Positions 61,001 to 64,000 of a DNA stretch of 64,000 bases are shown here, one piece after another. The first letter of the stretch is position 1; each line of letters starts with the position of its first letter. The notes below the pieces were generated by a model. The model was not told the origin of the DNA. It did not search any database and saw nothing but the letters and a program-made list of their open reading frames with translations. The stretch comes from Eledone cirrhosa (Eukaryota), in NCBI GenBank assembly GCA_964016885.1, contig OZ024754.1, positions 41,850,001 through 41,914,000 of the forward strand, given 5' to 3'. Position numbers and translations under genes: made by a program.

Positions 61001-63647
61001 CATTTACAGTGAGTGCTGGGTGCTTTTTCGTGGCGCCTACACGTCCACTTTACAGTGTGGGCTGGGTGCTTTTTTGCCGTGGCACCTCCACGACCACCTT
61101 GCGGTGGGGGGGGGGGGCATATTGTTTATATGCTTCAGCATGTACCCATGGGAGGTCGGGTACCCTGTATTACTGCGTGACGCCAGAAGTCACGGTCGTG
61201 TGTCATTGACTTTGAGAGGTGTAGTTGGGTAAGGTCGGCTTTTATCACCTCATCCCAAGTCATCTTGGGTCTCCCCACTCCGCGGTTTCCATCAACTTCT
61301 AGTGCTCTGCACCTTTTTATGCAGCTGTCATCCTTCATACGCATCACATGTCCATACCAGCGTAACCGCCTCTCCTGCACGCAGCATTTGATTCCTCTTA
61401 TGCTCAGTCTCTCTCTCAATTCATTTATGCTTTGTCGTTCACGTATATTACTGTTACACATCCATCGGAGCATGCAGGCTTCGTTTCTCTCTAATCTACG
61501 TAAGTCTTCCACCTTCAGCGCCCAGGTCTCACTACCATGCAACATCGCTGTTCGGATACACGCATCATACAGTCTGCCTTTCATTCTGAGGGAGAAGCCT
61601 TTTGCAGCTAGCAGTGGTAGTAGTTCCCTAAACTTCTTCCATCCCGTTCTTACCCTAGTTATTGTACTTTCTGAGCACCCACCTCCGTTGCTAATTCGGT
61701 CACCTAGGTAGCAGAAGCTGTCTACTGTTTCTACAGGGCCCTCCCAGAGATTGGTGGTACTTGTTTCCTGTGGCTGTTTGCTTGCTGTTTCAGCACAGCT
61801 GCTGCATGTGAATCCTACATTCTTAATTAAGCTTCCTGAGATCCCGCTACATCTCTTGTGTACCCATTGTTTGCATTTGGGGCAAAGAATGGAGTTCCTA
61901 CCTACACCTTTCCTACATACTGAGCAAGGCCATTTCCCTGAGGGGATCTGGGTTCTGTTTTCTCGTCTACTTATAAGGACCTTAGTCTTTGTCATGTTGA
62001 CTTTGAGGCCCTTTCTCTCTAGTCCCTGCTTCCAGGTTTGGAATTTATTCTCTAGTTCTACCATAGATTCAGCTATGAGTGCGAGGTCATCAGCATACAG
62101 GAGTTCCCATGGGCATCCGGTCTTAAACTCCTCCGTTATTGCCTGCAGGACTATGATGAACAGGAGAGGGCTAAGAACAGAGCCCTGGTGGACCCCAACC
62201 TGTACGCTAAATTCCTCGCTATACTCATTGCCAATCCTAACTTTGCTGACTGCTCCCCTATACATGGCTTGTACCGCTTTCACAAGCCATTCATCTACTC
62301 CTAGTTTTCTAAGAGCCCACCAGATTACTGCACGTGGAACTCTGTCAAAGGCTTTCTCAAGGTCGACAAATGCCAAGTAGAGTGGCTTACTTTTAGCTAG
62401 GTACTTTTCCTGTAATTGCCTCACAAGGAAGAGCGCATCAGTGGTGCCTTTCCCTGGAACAAACCCAAATTGCATCTCGTCTATATTCACCCGGTCCCTA
62501 ATCAGCTGTGCTATAACTCTTTCTGTTACTTTCATGACCTGGTCCATCAACTTTATACCTCTATAGTTTCCTCTATCTAGTGCATCGCCTTTACCTTTGT
62601 AGCAGTTGACAATGATGCTACTGCACCAATCTTTTGGTATGGCCCCCTCTAGTATTACCTGGTTAACGATACGTGTGGTTATAGTGTGACCTACAGACCC
62701 AGATGCCTTCAGCATCTCGGCAGCTATACCCGATGGACCGGTTGCCTTCCCTATCTTCATATCTCTGATTGCCTTACTTACTACGCTGCCGCTGACTTGT
62801 ACTGCTGGTCCCTCTATAGGGTCTACGTGGGGTAGGGTCTCTTCTTCCCATGCATTCTCCTCATTTAGTAATCTATCATAATGACTCTTCCATGCATCTT
62901 TCTTCTCAGCACTTGTGAGGGCAAGCTCACCTTTATCATTCCGGATACACTTCTCTCCAATGACATCACAACTATCTCTGACACACTGCCTCGCAATCTT
63001 GAATACCTCCTGTTTCTGGTCCTCACGTTGTAAAACATGCTTGAATTTTCTATCCTCTGCTTCCCTCCTAGCTAAGTATACTTGTCGCCTAGCTTCCCTC
63101 TTGGTCTCTATGTAATGTACCCTGCTCCCCCCGTTCTTCCATTCTTTCCATGCCTGTCTCTTGGCCTTGACTGCTTCATCTACCTTATTGTTCCACCACC
63201 AAGTCACTCTCCTCCTGCTTGAGGTCTTACTCCAGCCACAAACCTCATCCGTCGCCTCTAGTAAGTTATTTTTTAGGAACTCCCAGTTCTCTTCTACGTT
63301 AAATTAGTATATATATATATATAAATGAGTATATATATATATATATATATGAAGAATAAAAACACCATGTTATTTATTCATTCTGACGACTGAAGACAGA
63401 TAAATATCTGCCTTCAAGAAACCACTGGTAAATGAAATAATTATCTTATGTTGTTTATTACATAACTCTCTCTCTCTATATATATATATATATATCCTTT
63501 TAGGGTAAACTTAAGTACTTTGTGGTTGGTAATGAAGTGGAAAAATATAACAAATCTACAAATACTGAACCTGATTCAACAACTGCTCCCTCCAGAGACT
63601 CTAGTGGACCCCATGAGATCAACTTAAGCCTTCATGAAAGTGAACAG
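45675..63647 (+). CDS. BTB/POZ-BACK domain protein (kelch-like N-terminus) with long low-complexity and repeat-exon C-terminal region; 3'-partial, about 1125 aa in window
   Basis: BTB motifs (KFCDMVL..F.AH..MLACNS.IF; FELLLEYIYTG.L....NV..V..AA.YL.M) are followed by BACK motifs (FIENNF..V...EFY.....L..LL.S..LNV..E.EV....LKW....ER....LVKYVRF..M). Downstream exons join with consistent phases. Confidence 0.8.
47367..47853 (+). CDS. BTB-BACK gene exon, BTB end plus BACK domain (GKLCLRKKNVAEVF...VVEAA)
   Basis: ttttag|GT AAA...GCT CG|gtaact; 487 nt, phase 1-2. Confidence 0.9.
48611..52084. repeat. 56/57-bp satellite array (about 62 copies) in a BTB-BACK intron
   Basis: Unit aacatctagtggcagttctatatagttaggtgacatgaggtacaaggtaaata(t/c/g)ag. 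Confidence 0.97.
52387..52755. repeat. 42-bp (some 39-bp) minisatellite (about 9 copies)
   Basis: Unit ctctgaagaccttctgctgtccagctctcctgggagtttctt; produces spurious open frames on both strands. Confidence 0.9.
52872..52962 (+). CDS. BTB-BACK gene exon (RQRHQLLRGDRIHLRDQPRNVFQTADNKLTE)
   Basis: tatcag|A CAG...GAG|gtaaga; 91 nt, phase 2-0; EA...H...PR pattern typical of the post-BACK linker. Confidence 0.8.
53549..53665 (+). CDS. BTB-BACK gene repeat exon A (HSDVETCEKFTNTEADLEFTSFDELILPQEINIDLTNQE)
   Basis: ttttag|CAT...GAG|gtaagt; 117 nt, phase 0-0, open. Confidence 0.75.
54056..54330 (-). mobile_element. 3' end of a second RTE-like family with (TAGA)n tail; another copy at about 1865-1985 (+)
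   Basis: LAGHSHRHPE...LLWES.HGHTGRGRPRLTYVD.LRTDTGL...MRDRDRWRELV; near-identical to 1865-1970. Confidence 0.8.
54350..55047 (+). mobile_element. Degenerate 3' fragment of the same RTE family
   Basis: AMLHGSETW...RLERNEAC.LRWMCNSNIRERQSINELRE with frameshifts; same 3' UTR and (TGA)n tail as the 60834-63300 element. Confidence 0.9.
55059..55155 (+). pseudogene. Truncated or disrupted copy of the repeat exon (DSVKYLADGNEVKTGNRSPNM...SSRE)
   Basis: Acceptor tttcag|GAT; similar to the exons at 55401 and 63504, but runs into an RTE 3' UTR-like motif and a stop with no in-phase donor. Confidence 0.5.
55401..55544 (+). CDS. BTB-BACK gene repeat exon (DSYKYGVADNEREIC...NIYLPGQNQ)
   Basis: ttacag|GAT...CAG|gtaggt; 144 nt, phase 0-0, open. 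Confidence 0.72.
56928..58856 (+). CDS. BTB-BACK gene large exon (643 codons; K/S/N-rich, poly-Glu)
   Basis: ttctag|TGT...ATG GTG|gtaaga; 1929 nt open, phase 0-0; the core of track ORF 56943-59021. Confidence 0.82.
58868..59615 (-). mobile_element. Third RTE-like family 3' fragment with (GAA)n tail; related pieces at 53003-53355, 975-1062, 5680-5790, 18170-18260, 28780-28935
   Basis: Minus strand reads LEKFNYL..VFTSDGRQEDE...IERSQLR..GHV...ILQAK...[11 protein letters not shown] with stops. Confidence 0.8.
59705..59821 (+). CDS. BTB-BACK gene repeat exon B (QSDVETCEKHTNTEADLEVTSFDELILPQEINIHLTNQD), duplicate of exon A
   Basis: ttag|CAG...GAT|gtaagt; 117 nt, phase 0-0; NAGNAG acceptor (tagcag). 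Confidence 0.7.
60834..63300 (-). mobile_element. RTE-clade LINE, 5'-truncated (no endonuclease domain), with intact RT frame, 3' UTR and (TGA)n tail
   Basis: Frame is open 63300-61135; RT motifs YRGIKL, QFGF, AFVDLEKAFDRV, GVHQGSVLSPLLF, YADD; RTE C-terminus RRLRWYGHV...GRPKMTW; (TCA)n at about 60833-60853. Confidence 0.95.
61135..63300 (-). CDS. RTE LINE ORF fragment: reverse transcriptase plus C4HC3 PHD-type finger
   Basis: The 690-aa track ORF extends upstream in frame by 31 codons (NVEENWEFLKNNLLEATDEVCG...) to the truncation point. Confidence 0.92.
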   Translation of the reverse strand, partial: NVEENWEFLKNNLLEATDEVCGWSKTSSRRRVTWWWNNKVDEAVKAKRQAWKEWKNGGSRVHYIETKREARRQVYLARREAEDRKFKHVLQREDQKQEVFKIARQCVRDSCDVIGEKCIRNDKGELALTSAEKKDAWKSHYDRLLNEENAWEEETLPHVDPIEGPAVQVSGSVVSKAIRDMKIGKATGPSGIAAEMLKASGSVGHTITTRIVNQVILEGAIPKDWCSSIIVNCYKGKGDALDRGNYRGIKLMDQVMKVTERVIAQLIRDRVNIDEMQFGFVPGKGTTDALFLVRQLQEKYLAKSKPLYLAFVDLEKAFDRVPRAVIWWALRKLGVDEWLVKAVQAMYRGAVSKVRIGNEYSEEFSVQVGVHQGSVLSPLLFIIVLQAITEEFKTGCPWELLYADDLALIAESMVELENKFQTWKQGLERKGLKVNMTKTKVLISRRENRTQIPSGKWPCSVCRKGVGRNSILCPKCKQWVHKRCSGISGSLIKNVGFTCSSCAETASKQPQETSTTNLWEGPVETVDSFCYLGDRISNGGGCSESTITRVRTGWKKFRELLPLLAAKGFSLRMKGRLYDACIRTAMLHGSETWALKVEDLRRLERNEACMLRWMCNSNIRERQSINELRERLSIRGIKCCVQERRLRWYGHVMRMKDDSCIKRCRALEVDGNRGVGRPKMTWDEVIKADLTQLHLSKSMTHDRDFWRHAVIQGTRPPMGTC
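63504..63647 (+). CDS. BTB-BACK gene repeat exon (GKLKYFVVGNEVEKYNKSTNTEPD...PHEINLSLHESEQ)
   Basis: ctttag|GGT...CAG|gtaagt; 144 nt, phase 0-0. Confidence 0.75.
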
Positions 63648-64000
63648 GTAAGTTATGAGCTTCTAGATGAAGCCCTTCAAACTGGAAGTATGTATTGTCT
63701 ATGATGATGGTTAACAGGTTTCAGGTATCTGAAGTTGTGAGACAGAAGCAGATCTCTAGAATCAACATAAATGAGATACATAGCAATTGAAATCATCAGA
63801 GATGATATGGTCAGTTGTTAAGTTGACAGGAGGGCAGGTACTGAAGTGCAGAGGGAAACAACATCCTAACTAAAAAGGTGTTGATTCTGTTTAAGTACAG
63901 ATGTGTTAATTACTTTGTTAGAGCTGTCAACGTTTGGGGGAAGATGTGAAGTAAGGTTTTAAGACATTTGAATAGAAGCTCACCTCATCAGGTGTGTTTA

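Noticed and set aside
61265-62380. Plus-strand ORFs of 148 and 209 aa
   Set aside because: They are antisense shadows of the RTE reading frame.

Overview
This is eukaryotic, AT-rich, microsatellite-dense DNA whose SINE/RTE repertoire looks like an octopod cephalopod (inferred, not verified). It holds two spliced genes on the + strand. (1) The 3' 18 coding exons (3367-29065, about 778 aa, all GT-AG and phase-consistent) of a RIPOR/FAM65-family Rho-interacting polarity regulator; its 5' exons lie upstream of the window. (2) A BTB-BACK (kelch-like N-terminus) gene from about 44.1/45.7 kb that runs off the window end. Instead of kelch repeats it continues with a 1.9-kb low-complexity exon and several related phase-0 cassette exons (39-48 aa), one of them recently duplicated. 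Introns carry a 5'-truncated RTE LINE with an intact frame (RT plus PHD-type finger), many RTE and CR1 fragments, two tRNA-derived SINE families, TTAA- and TA-flanked MITEs, and more than 15 minisatellites, several amplified from LINE 3' ends. The most notable points are: a duplicated exon more diverged than its flanking introns and mostly at amino-acid-changing sites; the modular exon-repeat architecture; inverted RTE copies bracketing exons; a candidate 57-nt RIPOR cassette exon; and a possible protein-neutral intron at the RIPOR stop codon. Most ORFs in the supplied track are microsatellite artefacts. All exon calls were made by hand without transcript data.
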